Positions 12,584 to 25,960 of a stretch of 64,000 nucleotides of DNA are shown piece after piece (the stretch's first letter is position 1; each line of letters begins with the position of its first letter). Source of the DNA: Octopus vulgaris (lineage: Eukaryota); contig OX597814.1 in the NCBI GenBank assembly GCA_951406725.2, positions 31,000,001 to 31,064,000 of the forward strand, written 5' to 3'. Below the pieces are notes generated by a model, which was given only the letters and a program-made list of their open reading frames with translations, had not been told where the DNA came from and ran no database searches. The position numbers and the translations under genes were made by a program.

Positions 12584-13707
12584 CGAGCAGTTACTGTCTA
12601 TATTCCTTTTAGAGAATTATTATTGCTTTCGAACAGATTTTCGAAATCAGCAAATTTATTTTGCTTGAAAATCTATATAAGAAAATCCTGCAGAGAGAGA
12701 ATTCGTCGAGGAAGCGGAGGCCTACTCACACGCCGATGATAGGCAATACACCTTGAAACCATGGTCCGTGTGTGGTTTCCGCTTCATCGGGGAATTACCT
12801 CCCTTTGCAGGTTTAGGGCACCGTGACGGTGTCGAGCCTTTCTGGTGACGTCGATGTTCGCCTGGGGCTAAATGCAACAGTAACACCCCCACCACCCTGC
12901 CCTGTCCCTAGCCATATTCAGATGGCTTTAGTCCCTTATGTTGTCGAGCAGTTACTGTCTATATTCCTTTTAGAGAATTATTATTGCTTTCGAACAGATT
13001 TTCGAAATCAGCAAATTTATTTTGCTTGAAAATCTATATAAGAAAATCCTGCAGAGAGAGAATTCGTCGAGGAAGCGGAGGCCTACCACACGCCGATGAT
13101 AGGCAATACACCTTGAAACCATGGTCCGTGTGTGGTTTCCGCTTCATCGGGGAATTACCTCCCTTTGCAGGTTTAGGGCACCGTGACGGTGTCGAGCCTT
13201 TCTGGTGACGTCGATGTTCGCCTGGGGCTAAATGCAACAGTAACACCCCCACCACCCTGCCCTGTCCCTAGCCATATTCAGATGGCTTTAGTCCCTTATG
13301 TTGTCGAGCAGTTACTGTCTATATTCCTTTTAGAGAATTATTATTGCTTTCGAACAGATTTTCGAAATCAGCAAATTTATTTTGCTTGAAAATCTATATA
13401 AGAAAATCCTGCAGAGAGAGAATTCGTCGAGGAAGCGGAGGCCTACCACACGCCGATGATAGGCAATACACCTTGAAACCATGGTCCGTGTGTGGTTTCC
13501 GCTTCATCGGGGAATTACCTCCCTTTGCAGGTTTAGGGCACCGTGACGGTGTCGAGCCTTTCTGGTGACGTCGATGTTCGCCTGGGGCTAAATGCAACAG
13601 TAACACCCCCACCACCCTGCCCTGTCCCTAGCCATATTCAGATGGCTTTAGTCCCTTATGTTGTCGAGCAGTTACTGTCTATATTCCTTTTAGAGAATTA
13701 TTATTGC

Positions 13708-13708
<1 letters not shown>
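12584..13708 (+). mobile_element. Inverted block of the same 360-bp unit, about 3.1 copies, ribozyme sense on the plus strand
   Basis: Reverse complement of the left block, starting at cgagcagttactgt (12584) and ending in (TA)n at 13709. Hammerheads at 12727-12772, 13087-13132 and 13447-13492. A 1-nt insertion lies at about 12726. Confidence 0.8.
13087..13132 (+). ncRNA. Minimal type I hammerhead ribozyme (plus-strand copy), predicted cleavage after 13126
   Basis: Stem I 13087-92/13127-32; core CCGAUGA 13093-99; stem II AGG/CCU; GAAA 13115-18; stem III AC-CAUG-GU; GUC triplet 13124-26. Confidence 0.75.
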
Positions 13709-13783
<75 letters not shown>

Positions 13784-13789
13784 TGTATG

Positions 13790-13821
<32 letters not shown>

Positions 13822-13822
13822 C

Positions 13823-13894
<72 letters not shown>

Positions 13895-13980
13895 GTATAT
13901 ATATATACATATATATATATATGTATATATATATATGTATATATATATGTATGTATGTATATATATATATGTATAAGTAT
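13709..13980. repeat. (TA)n microsatellite flanking the array
   Basis: Direct reading; a similar tract lies at 9230-9304 on the left. Confidence 0.95.
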
Positions 13981-15164
13981 GTATATGTATGCATGCATGT
14001 ATGCGTATGTTTTGGGGTGTGTATGTCTTTGTGTTTGTATTGTGTTTGTCTCCCATCACGCTTTGGCAACCAGAATTTTCTGCGACAGTGATGTCGCACA
14101 AAAGAGAGCATTAATTGCAAGAAATGTACAATGAATTACATCAACTTCTTCATTTAGTATTTATTTTACTGACTTCTCTAATCAATGTTTTTCGAATCTT
14201 AAATTATGAACTGTGAAATCGATTTTGATCAAGTTTGAACTATGAAAGAAGCAGTAATTATTACATTTAAAGTTACATGACTCAATCAATCTCTCCAAAA
14301 ATATAATAATTGTTTCTAATTAAGGCGCAAAATTATAAATTTGAAAGATGGGTATAAGGGTTAGACAGCTGCCAATATCTGAACGGTACTTTATTTTGAT
14401 AAAATCCTGCAGCCATTTGAATTCAGAATAGGAAGAATACTTTAAACAGATTGTACGTTATTTACTATACTGCTATTCTATCATCCTTCTCGATAAAATT
14501 CTAATATTCAAAACCATCATAAACACAAATGAGACATTTTTAAACAACAAAAAGAAGAAAAAACAAAATAATAGCAACATAAATAACAAGAGCGGCAGCA
14601 GTACCACTAACCACAAGAATAACTACTGCAACCAAAAATTTATAATATTAACAGATCTGAAGTTTTATGCAAGTGAACTTGATCATATTAAAATATCTGT
14701 GGGGAATTTTCTATTTAGCCAATTCATTGGCCAAATTCACTGGTCGCCATTTTGAATGAAATGAAATGCTATCAAAATTGCCGCAGGATATAGTGTGTGA
14801 AAACTTCAGAAACCCGTCTTCATAACATTTAAATCACTCTCGATAAATGGACTAATAGCTTTATTATCATGAGATAACTACTGGAAAATGTTATTATTGC
14901 TGCTGAAGTTGTTTAGCCACAGGTGATTCTTGGTTGGGATAATCTACGATCAAAAGTGTTTTAATTGCAAACATCCTATTTTTTTTATGTAACTTTGTTG
15001 CATGTAAGAGACACGGTTACGGTTTGGAAGAGACTAGGCTACTATTTCAAGCAAGTAGGTAATTATGTGGAAGCTTTGTGATTGGTTGAAAAGGCTCTCT
15101 CATGGGTGGTCGAGGTCACCAGTTGTCGAGCTAGACTGACGAAAGTGAGAATGGTATCTTTATG

Positions 15165-15565
15165 TCTTCTCTTTTACTTGCTTCAATCATTGGCCAAGCT
15201 GGCCAAGCTTTGCAAAATTTTCGTCGAACGAATACTCCCCAGTACTTATTATTTTAAACCTGGTGCTTTTTCTGTCGGTTCCTTTAGACGAACCGCAAGA
15301 TTACGGGGATGTGAACACAACACCCCCGGTTGTCAAATGGTAAGGGGAAAAAAACATTTTAAAATCAAATATATGCACACACATTTTCACACACACACAT
15401 ATTCTTACACGACGGGCTTCTCTCGGTTTTCATCTACCATATCCACTCATAAGGCAAGGCATTGGTTAGCTCAGGGGTATAGTAAAATATATTTGCCCGA
15501 GGTGTCACGCCGGGGGACTGAACCCGAAACCATATGGTTGGGTAGAAAACTTCTTACCACAGAGC
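15165..15565 (-). mobile_element. Octopod tRNA-derived SINE (OK/OR-type), diverged
   Basis: Reverse-complement similarity to 41318-41758 (ggactgaacccgaaaccatatggttg...cttaccacacagcc). Confidence 0.7.
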
Positions 15566-15599
15566 CAATAGTTCCTGGACTAGCTCTGTAGCGGGTCAA

Positions 15600-15956
15600 C
15601 AGATAGTAGCGCACGGTTGCCTGAGTAGTGAGAGCTATCAGTGAACATCATGAGGCAATGTGCCGAGGAACATCATTGTGTTTACTTCACAAGTTGTGAA
15701 ATTTGTGTTTGTGAGATCACGTGTATTCAGTAGTCTGCGATTTGGCCATGGACAGGAAGTTGGATCAAAGAGCCAACGTAAAATTTTGCTTTAAGCTCGG
15801 GACAGTTTACTTACTGCCGTCAAGGAGTTGCGCTTGCGCGGTCAAAAGTTAGAATGTATAAGCACGGGGCATATACTGGATTGCCTCGTGTATATATATT
15901 TAATCTAAGGTGTACCTAGCTCTCACTGCGCACGCAACCGTGTGCTGCCATCTGTA
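15600..15956 (+). mobile_element. Non-autonomous mariner derivative (MITE)
   Basis: About 40-bp imperfect TIRs (acagatagtagcgcacggttgc...agtgagagcta / tagctctcact...gcaaccgtgtgctgccatctgt). Internal MDRKLDQRANVKFCFKLG from 15748 is a mariner transposase N-terminus. Confidence 0.75.
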
Positions 15957-16479
15957 TATATATATAAGTGTGCTGCCTTATGTACATACACACACATATA
16001 TATGAGTGTATAAATATGTGTGCGCATCTTTGTTTGTCCCCCCACCCAGTGTTTGACACCAGTGTTGGATGTTTTGCGTCCCCATAACTTAGCAGTTCGG
16101 TGCCAGTAACCGATATAATAAGTACCAGATTTAAAAGATTAGTATTGTGGTCGATTTATTCGACTAGATCTTTCAGAGCAGAACCCCCAGATTGGCCACA
16201 TTTAGAGTATTAATGAAACCGTTTTCTAAATTTGGCCTTTCATAGGAATCCAAAATTTAATAATTTGTTAGAGACGCTTAATCTTTCCCGTTTCTTTTAA
16301 GCTTTACATAATCCCTTCTGAAATAGCCACAAGGCCTGAAATTTTGGGGGAATGGGTAGCTAATTACATCGATCCTAGGATTTGAGTGGCAGTTATTTTA
16401 AAAACTAAAAAGCAAAGACGATCTCAGAAGAATTTGAACATAGAACGTAAAGCCTGTAGGGATGCGCTAAACATTTTGT

Positions 16480-17475
16480 CCAATAGCCTTGAATACATGC
16501 CTAAAGAAGTTGTACGACATGCCATCAGAGGGTGTATATCAGCAGAAGACTATCCATGGATATGTTAGCAGAAAGCTCTAGGATAGTAGTAACATTGATA
16601 ATCAAAGCAGCCTATCATGAGCCAACAGCAGGATTGCTAACCGTTACTTTGAAGGGTATGCGTTTGCAATCTATGTACAGGAAATAGCAACAAAATACCT
16701 GCTGCTCAAAAAGGACAGAGAGGCAGGAAAAACACCAAAATAGGATAATCCATGCAAACTCTAGCAGTTAACACCGAAGATAACACACATATCATACGCA
16801 GTTATCCAAAGATGTCATCGCGTTATCTACAAATGAGATATGATGTTATAGCTAAAAGATTGTATAATGAGATTCGTCAGAAGGATAATTCTGAGGCCAA
16901 CAGATAAGAACCCAGAGTATGGTAGAGCCATAACCACTCATAATATGAAAGGATTCCGGTGAAATATCTCAGTGAAAGCCTTAATAAAATGTACACACAA
17001 TAGATCTGACAGTCGTTTGGAAATCAGTTATCCAGCGAAGGGTAAAACTGCGACAAAAATTGAAAACACCTACTCCGATTGCAAGTTCAAGTATTGGGAA
17101 ACTAGGATATGTAACAAATTACCTAAGTCCCAATCTTGAGAAATTAGGTTTCTCAAAATCAAAAAGGAGAAAGCTATTTAAAAGATTAGAGATTCAAGCC
17201 ATCAAAGAAACTGTCTAAATTTGTAAAACTTACCAGAAGTTTAGTATTTAAGTATACATGTGCATGTCTGGATATGCAACTGTATTCCTATAAATACGTA
17301 CATAAAACGAAGCACACAAATCTGCACATGTAGACTCCAGATGTTGCACACATACACACCAACATGTAAAAATACCCTGCTAATGTTGAAGTCCAATGAA
17401 GGAGTCTTGGATCTAGGTTAGAAATCACTTCTTTCATTATTGAAAAGAAATCTTGGAATAAAATTGAATAATAGC
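16480..17475 (+). pseudogene. Decayed 3' end of a restriction-like-endonuclease non-LTR retrotransposon (R4/Dong/NeSL-like)
   Basis: Hand translation gives EGYAFAI..QEIATKYL, a CCHC-like segment (ED.THII.S.PKM...YL.MR.D), HNRSD (cf. RPD) and LGFSKS..RKL...ICKT. The 3' end is repeated at 53745-54065. Confidence 0.6.
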
Positions 17476-17499
17476 ATACATATATATACATACTTTTAC

Positions 17500-17699
<200 letters not shown>

Positions 17700-17700
<1 letters not shown>

Positions 17701-17892
17701 TTACTTGTTGCAGTCATTTGACTTCGGTCATGCTGGAGAGCACACCCTTTAGTCGAGCAAATACACCCTAGGACTTATTTGTAAGCCTAGTACTTATTCT
17801 ATCGGTCACTTTTGTCCAACCGCTAAGTTCCGGGGACGTAAACGCACCAGCATCGGTTGTCAAACGATGTTGAGGGGACAAACACAGACACA

Positions 17893-17935
<43 letters not shown>

Positions 17936-17964
17936 AAACACACAAACACGCACACACACACGCG

Positions 17965-18018
<54 letters not shown>

Positions 18019-18201
18019 CACGCACACACACACACACATATATACGACGGGCTTCTTTCCTTTTCCGTCTACCAAATCCACCCACAAGGTTTTGGTCGGC
18101 TCGAGGCTATAGCAGAAGACACTTGCTCAAGGTGCCATACAGTAGGACTGAACCCGGAACCATGTGGCTGGTAAGCAAGCTACTTGCCACACAGCCACTC
18201 C
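17700..18201 (-). mobile_element. Octopod tRNA-derived SINE (OK/OR-type), near full length with an internal (CA)n
   Basis: Reverse complement of 41318-41758, including the A/B-box head (ggagtggctgtgtggcaag...ggttcagtcc). Confidence 0.85.
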
Positions 18202-18220
18202 AGCATGCATGCATACACGA

Positions 18221-18396
18221 TCTCAAATTTGAATTGCTATATAGTAACAAATTACATATGCACATCGCATACACGCTAATGTATATATATATATATATAT
18301 ATATATATGCGTGTGTGTGTGAGTGTGTCTGTGTGTTAGCGTGTATGCGATGTACATATGTGTAATTTGCTACTATATAGCAATTCAAATTTGAGA
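18221..18396. repeat. About 60-bp near-perfect inverted repeat around a TA/TG microsatellite
   Basis: tctcaaatttgaattgctatatagt...catcgcatacacgctaa / ttagcgtgtatgcgatg...actatatagcaattcaaatttgaga. Confidence 0.85.
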
Positions 18397-19177
18397 CCTT
18401 GCCTTTTCGATAATGGACTTTATATTAAATTTTAATTTTCCTATTCATTTCCTGTTCAGTCGAACATCTCTCTCTCCCTCTCTCCCTCTCTTTGTCTCTC
18501 CCATTAACTATCGCTTCTGTCATACTGTCTGTGTCTTTCACACTCACACACTCCTTCTTTCTTTTTCCTTTTTCTCTGCCACTATCTTCTAGCACTCCAT
18601 TTCCATTGTAAGTTCCCTTCTCCTAGTGAATAGCATTTACTAATGCCTGGAAGGTGACTTACTTAAAGATACGTCATAAATGGTCTTAGCAGATATCTGT
18701 GCATTGCGCTGTTGTTTAGAGTTGAAAAGAAACCACCAACGTTCAATATACAACCGTCAAAAACAAACTAAGTATAATGTCTTACACGTAAAAGCGAATT
18801 AGAGTTTATACATACTTGTACACATGCATAAGTATATATATATACATACGCATGCGTACACAAATTTACATGCGTATGTGTAGATGAACTTAGCCTATAT
18901 ATATATATATATATATTTAGGCACGTAGGTATTTTTATTGTATATGTATATATATATGTGTGTGTGTGTGGAAATTTAGATTTATGTATGTTTATATATG
19001 TGTCTGCATGCACATAAGCTTATACACACACCCACACACACGTGCACAAACACATGTATTCATGTATAATTATGGATGTGTACGTGTGCACGTGTGTGTT
19101 TGCATGTATATAATCTCTCAGCCCGTGGTTGCGTGGTATGTATATGAATATTTGTGAATATATACATACATATACAA

Positions 19178-19232
<55 letters not shown>

Positions 19233-20447
19233 CACATATATATATATATATACTCGTATATATGTATATATACTTATATATACATCTATGTATGTCTGTA
19301 ATTTCTTGTCACTGATCCATCTTAATTGTAGGCTTGCAAATAGTGACACTTGTCCTGGAGGTGAGAGTGAGCCCGGATATTAGTTCACGAAATAAGCAAA
19401 TCCTAACCATTGAAATGCCAAAATTCCAACAAAGAACGTAATGTGTATATGAGGGCACAACAAAGTGGAGCAGCTAACTGGTTGAAATAACAGTTGTACA
19501 CTGAGGCATGGCATTTAGTTAACTGCCTAAAGTAACGGTGGACGGACGACAACGTATTTTATTCTCCCTCTTCGCCATCGTCATGGACATCATGATCATC
19601 ATCATCGTCCTTTTCGTCGTATTTATCATGATCATGATCATCGTCATCTTCCTCCTCCTCCTCCCCTTCCTTGTCATCCTTCTCTTTTACATTTTCTTTC
19701 GATCTACTTTTTACTCCTACTTCTCGTTTCGGAGCACTGGGTGAAAGGATAAGTGGTAGCTAGGAGGCTAAAAACAGCAGACGATTCGAAGCGGGCACAG
19801 AGAATAAAAGTAGAAATGTAAAGATTCGTATACGTTAACTGTAAAAGAAAGTAAGTGAAAATAACATAGCATTTTAGATAAATAGGAAGAGCAATAGACA
19901 GTTGGGGAAAGAAAGTGAGTGAGTAAGTGAGAGAGTGAGGAGATGGAGGGAGAGAGATTTAAAGAGATGGTATATAGAAAAAGATAGTAAGAGTATAAGA
20001 GCGGGAAAATTGGAAATGAGGAAAGTAATAGAGACCAAAAACAAGATGAGAGAAGTAATATAAGGAGAAATAAAGCTAAGAAAGAAAGAGAGGGAAGAAA
20101 ACGTGATGTATGGTACAATGTAAATGTAATAAGTTGCAGAAAGATTTGGTAGATATAGCAAGTGGTTGAGAAAAACATTTAGAGAAAGAGAATGTGGAAC
20201 AAATGAAGGGAGTAAGGGGGGAAATGTAGATAACAATATAGAAAGACGAACTGCAATATATATATATATATATATATATATAGGGAGAGAGAGAGGGGGA
20301 GAGAGATGCATAAAAGGAGTGATTGAGAGAGAGGGAGAAAGAGAACAAAGCCAGAAATATAGAATGTTTATAATAGGTTAAGATGAACATAGTAATATAA
20401 AAAACAATAAAAAATTGCTGTAAGAAAGGAAATATAAATAGAAAGTT

Positions 20448-20832
<385 letters not shown>

Positions 20833-21440
20833 AATAAATATAGATAAACAAATAGAGTGCGTATATGAAGAGCAAGGATGAATGGAAGCGAAGAGAAATA
20901 TATGTTTGGATAATAATAAATAGTGTCAAAATATAATGTTAGGATATGGCAAACTAAAGCGGAATCATGCATGGGAACTTTCTCAACATTCTGCTAGAAG
21001 CAAGTTCCTCAACAACGCGGTGTTATTTTCGAACAACACTTTACTCATGCTACTTTGAAGGATTTATTTCTCTCCTTGCACCAACACCAGCCATCTTAAA
21101 TACGCCCCTGCCTTCTAAGCCATTATCTTACTTCCATTATCGCTTTTGTTTTAATTCGGCTGATTTCTTCTACTTTTCCTACTTTCTTTTCTTCTTTATC
21201 ATTTTTCGCTTGATCATTTATTTATTTTTTACTTTCCTTCGTCTTCTTAGTATCTTTTTTCCCTTTCTCTCCCTTTATTTTTCTCTCTCTTTCTCTCTCT
21301 CTCTCTCCCTTTACTATTTACTCTATCTGGTTCACGATTATTTAGTCTTAAAGCTGCATTCCAAGATGGCGCCGTTATTGCTGTTTTCATATATGTATTT
21401 ATGTACTGTAGCGTAAGTTCAGAAGAATAATGTATTTATG

Positions 21441-21530
<90 letters not shown>

Positions 21531-22073
21531 TGTATATATAGGAGTGATAATTCGACCTGAAAGTGCGCTTTGTTCCTCCTCTGCCATAAACTGATCCATT
21601 TCTTCTCTTCTGCCTTAAAACCAGCTATGCAATAGAATATCTCTCCCTTTCATTACAGCAAAGAAATCTAAATTCCTATAAATATAATGCCCTCCACCCG
21701 ATACACACAATAAAGAAAGAACACAAATACGAAAAAAAAATATAGTAGATAAAAAAACAACAACAACATAGTTTAAGAAACCAGAAATTGGAAAAAAATA
21801 TATTACAGAAGATTTGTTAGTTCTTTATATCTAATCACTTCCTCGAAGGACATGTTCATATATTATTCATCAGGTGCAGTAAGAGTCGCTGTGTTTCTGG
21901 TTCTAGAACTACACTAATAGAAAAAAATGTAAGAAAAGATATAAGCTATGAAACCACTTTGGCGCCTTCCTTATGCTCTGTGCATTCAATTTTCGTACAC
22001 AGTAGCAAGAAATACTTAAAGCAGAAACTTATTATTTTTTTTAATGAGTGAGTTGCCATGTTCAAAAGACAAC

Positions 22074-22139
<66 letters not shown>

Positions 22140-24361
22140 ACATTATTTTGTTTTATTTTTCTAAAGATTTGATTGGGAGAAATGACAAGTGCTGAACAAA
22201 ATAGAAACAGAAACAAAACCTGCACTACTTAATTAAAATATTGGTTTCTTTTGAATAAGCATAGTGTCCCTAGAGGGGGAAAAAAGAAGAGTTGTTACAA
22301 TCATGCCCTTCCCAATAGCATTTGAGCATATGTAAACTGAAATGGCTTCAATGAAGAACACAACTTGCGTTGTGGACTCGATTCACTGAGCACTTATCCC
22401 CTATAAGTGTCATAATCCATTTCTTTCTCTTCGCTGTCAGTATGCGAATCTTTTCACTTTCTATGCTAGCTCTATCTCTCTATCTATGTCTATCAGAGCT
22501 GTCTAGATAGTTCTGTAGTTAATCTTATCAATCACAGAGTTGATCATACTTACTCAGGTTAGCTATGTAGCACAGTATATATTGATTAACCACAAGTAAG
22601 ATATTTTCTGAGGAAGTGAGAGAAAATATATGACGTCCATGCATTTTGAATACATCGTTAAAAATAAAGGCAAATGATTTCGAACTGGAATCGAAATTGA
22701 GATGAGATTTTTTTTTTGTCAATAACTTATACCTTGTTCTGTGACACACACCAACATTGGCATAATATTAAGTAGTACATACCAGACAGTATAACAAATC
22801 TAATACATATTTCGCATAAGAGCTGCTTGAGTTAATAAAATGTAAGCTGTAGATAGACAATATAAGCTGTAGATAGAGGGAGAAAATATTCTATTATCTT
22901 CTACTCAGTGCCCATAGGGAACACACATAACTGTGATTAAGTATCATAGTTTGATGCTGTACAGAGTTCAAATATAGTCGTATTGCTGCTATAAAAAAAC
23001 TTTCCTATGACATACAAAGAAGGAACGTACTAGCACAGCTTCGACCTAATGTTATGGCAATCACTGTTCAAACACTTTATATAAGTCCTATACCTGTACG
23101 GCAAATATATACAACAATTTCTCTATATCTATAACAATTTCTAAATCAACAGTAAATAGTATTGCGGTTGTCATATTAATTTCTCTTGATGTTAAAGCTG
23201 ATAGAATAGACAAATCAATAAAGGTACTCTAATCGAGCCCAGCCTATATTTTTAGAGGCACTTAAGATCACATTATTTCATACCTCGTTCCTTTTTTAAA
23301 AGGATTTATTTGAAACTTGGATCCCTATAAGCAAATGAAATAGTAGTTTCTGATTTAGGCGCAAGATCAGCAATTTGATAGTAAGGAGTTAGTCGATACC
23401 ACCGACCACAGTACTTGACTGGCTCTTTATATTATTGGCCACGAAAAGTTGAAAGGCAAATTTGGCGGTAATGTAATATGGACTCAGAAAGAAAGGATCC
23501 GTAGCAAATTTTACAAAGCTATTCTTCCAGTGCTCTCACAATTTTACCAGCTCACCGCTCTTATAATTATATGAAATAATGTAATTTCATCTCAATGTTT
23601 CACTTTTCTTATATACATTACAAAAAGATCTAGGATTCTTTACCCATAACACCGGATAGCGAGCAGGCATTCTCAGTAATTTAATGAGAAAACGTAGATA
23701 ATTGAGATAGGTAGGTATTACTAACCTGCATAGCAAATGATATTATGAGGAAGGGACTTGGGTCCACTGATTTAAACTGGGTAATCAAAAACATATTCGA
23801 CCGTTCGATGAATGTAATTCAAAGGGCTGATCTTGACCCACACTAAGTCTCACCGATTCTGTCAGAAGTTTTGATTAGGAGAAAACATGTCTGTGGAATA
23901 CTCAGCAAATAAGTAGTCGCTTTAGTCGATCGGATAATAGGAATACTTTTCGATGAATTATTTTATTCATTTATTCGTCTGAGTTTGTAGGTTTCACTTA
24001 TGCTAAGGAAATTCTCTCAATAATTTAGTCTTTGATTTTAATATTGATTTCAATCTGACACTTATTTTATTGATTCTATTAGTCAAAATGCGGGATAAAA
24101 GAAGACACAGCATAATCGCGCTTACATACATATAAATGTATCCATTCATCTATCCGTCCACCAGCCCATCTATCCATCCATCCATCCATCCATCCATGCT
24201 TACATGTATTCAAATATAAACAGAAGAACTGTTAGCGAATACATACAGGTATATCAACATAAGAGATGTTGGATAAAATATTCCCATCAAAATGCCTATC
24301 CAACGCATACACAATAAGCTTAATTTAGTTATTTGGAACATATAAATAAATCAGATATATG

Positions 24362-24428
<67 letters not shown>

Positions 24429-24439
24429 ATGTTTGTGTG

Positions 24440-24628
24440 TCTGTGTTTGTCCCCCCAACATCGCTTGACAACCGATGCTGGTGTGTTTACGTCCCCATAA
24501 CATAGCGGTTCGGCAAAAAAGATTAAGTATTAGGCTTATAAAGAATAAGTCCTGGGGTCGACGTGCTCGACTAAAGGCGATGCTCCAGCATGGCAACAGC
24601 CAAATGACTGAAACAAGTAAAAGAGTAA
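24440..24628 (+). mobile_element. Octopod SINE 3' half
   Basis: Near-identical to 41548-41745. Confidence 0.85.
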
Positions 24629-25876
24629 CAGAGCAAAAGAATACATTCTCAAACACAGCCCCCCCCACCACATATGAATATATATGTATATATGTTTATC
24701 TATTAAAGCTTAGAATTTATCCTACCCAGTCTATTTTCATTTCAAGACTGACGTAGGCAGAAATTTCCTGGCCTTTATAGAGAAACATTTTCCAGATAAC
24801 CAAAGAAGTAATTTTTAATACACCTTCAGTGAGTTTCATACAACTGCTGACCTAACATGAAAAATATTGTGACGCGTAGTCACACCAGGCGGTTACTCCA
24901 AATTGTAACTATAAACACCGACATATTTTCCCTCTCATCAAGACATGATGATTAGCTCAATGATTTTTGAAGATGAAGTCACATCAGCGTCCCAAAATAA
25001 CGAAACTGAAAAGTAAAAGTACATTGGTATATGCGAAAGTAACCTTAAAAAAAGATATGCCTCTTTTTCTACATGTGAATGAAAAGAAAACTACGAAGTC
25101 TGGGACGTGAAGGCCAATAATACACTACACACCATCAAGTACAGTATCGTATAACGATCACGCCATACGTTAACGGATCAAAGAGGTGCAGGCTTTGCAT
25201 AATCTAAAAATTTCGTATCCCTTTTTGTAAATGTCAGAACTCCACTGACCTACTGCATTTTCGAGTAGAGATTTTGATTAAATGTAACCATCTAGACAAG
25301 TTTCTATTACTGAACTGGAAAAAATCACCCGCCTCGGATAGGGCATACAGACTCACAAATTTCAACCTTTCGCTATTAAATTAATTATACCAACCACGTT
25401 AATTCCAATTCTAACGGACGAAAGGAACGGAATTCTTGGTTCCTTTACTTCCAAGTTTCTTTTTCCTTTTTCTAATTTCACTTTTTTATTTTACTTTTTC
25501 TTCTTATGCTTTCTAGTTTCTTCTCGTCTTCTCAAAGAGCAGTCATGTATTTTCAGTCTGAATGATTTCCCAGGAAATACACGGCTTGTTGTACAAGCTT
25601 TTCCGATCATTGTATCTTATATTGCATCTTCCTAGCACGAATTAGGAAACCTCGAAAGTGACAATATTTCATTGTTGCAAGAGTGAATGACGCCCCAATA
25701 ACCCCGACCAGATATATCTACTGTCTGTTTGTGATTCGAAAAATGTTGAATCTTGACATTCATTAGAAAGAAATGTGAATATTGTGATAAAAAAGGTATC
25801 ATGAAATCAAATATTATATTGGGAAATGCTTTTGCCAGACAAGTGTTACTCTATAAAAGATTGAAGTCATTAAAGT

Positions 25877-25960
25877 AATAATAATAATAATAATAATAAT
25901 TATATGAAGAAGAAGAAGAAGAAGAAGAAGAAGAAGAAGAAGAAGAAGAAGAAGAAGAAA
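25877..25960. repeat. (AAT)n and (GAA)n microsatellites
   Basis: Direct reading. Confidence 0.95.

Noticed and set aside
9352-13615. Repeated 68-74 aa ORFs in the 360-bp units
   Set aside because: They are short, start at non-ATG codons (GTG/TTG), overlap on both strands and resemble no known domain. The RNA structure explains the sequence better.
9305-13708. CRISPR array, 5S rDNA, tRNA or snRNA tandem cluster
   Set aside because: There are no unique spacers, and I could not recognise 5S, tRNA cloverleaf, spliced-leader or U-snRNA motifs in the unit.
21361-21375. YY1-like motif aagatggcg (also near 14745 and 62487)
   Set aside because: Short motif with no associated gene or promoter evidence.
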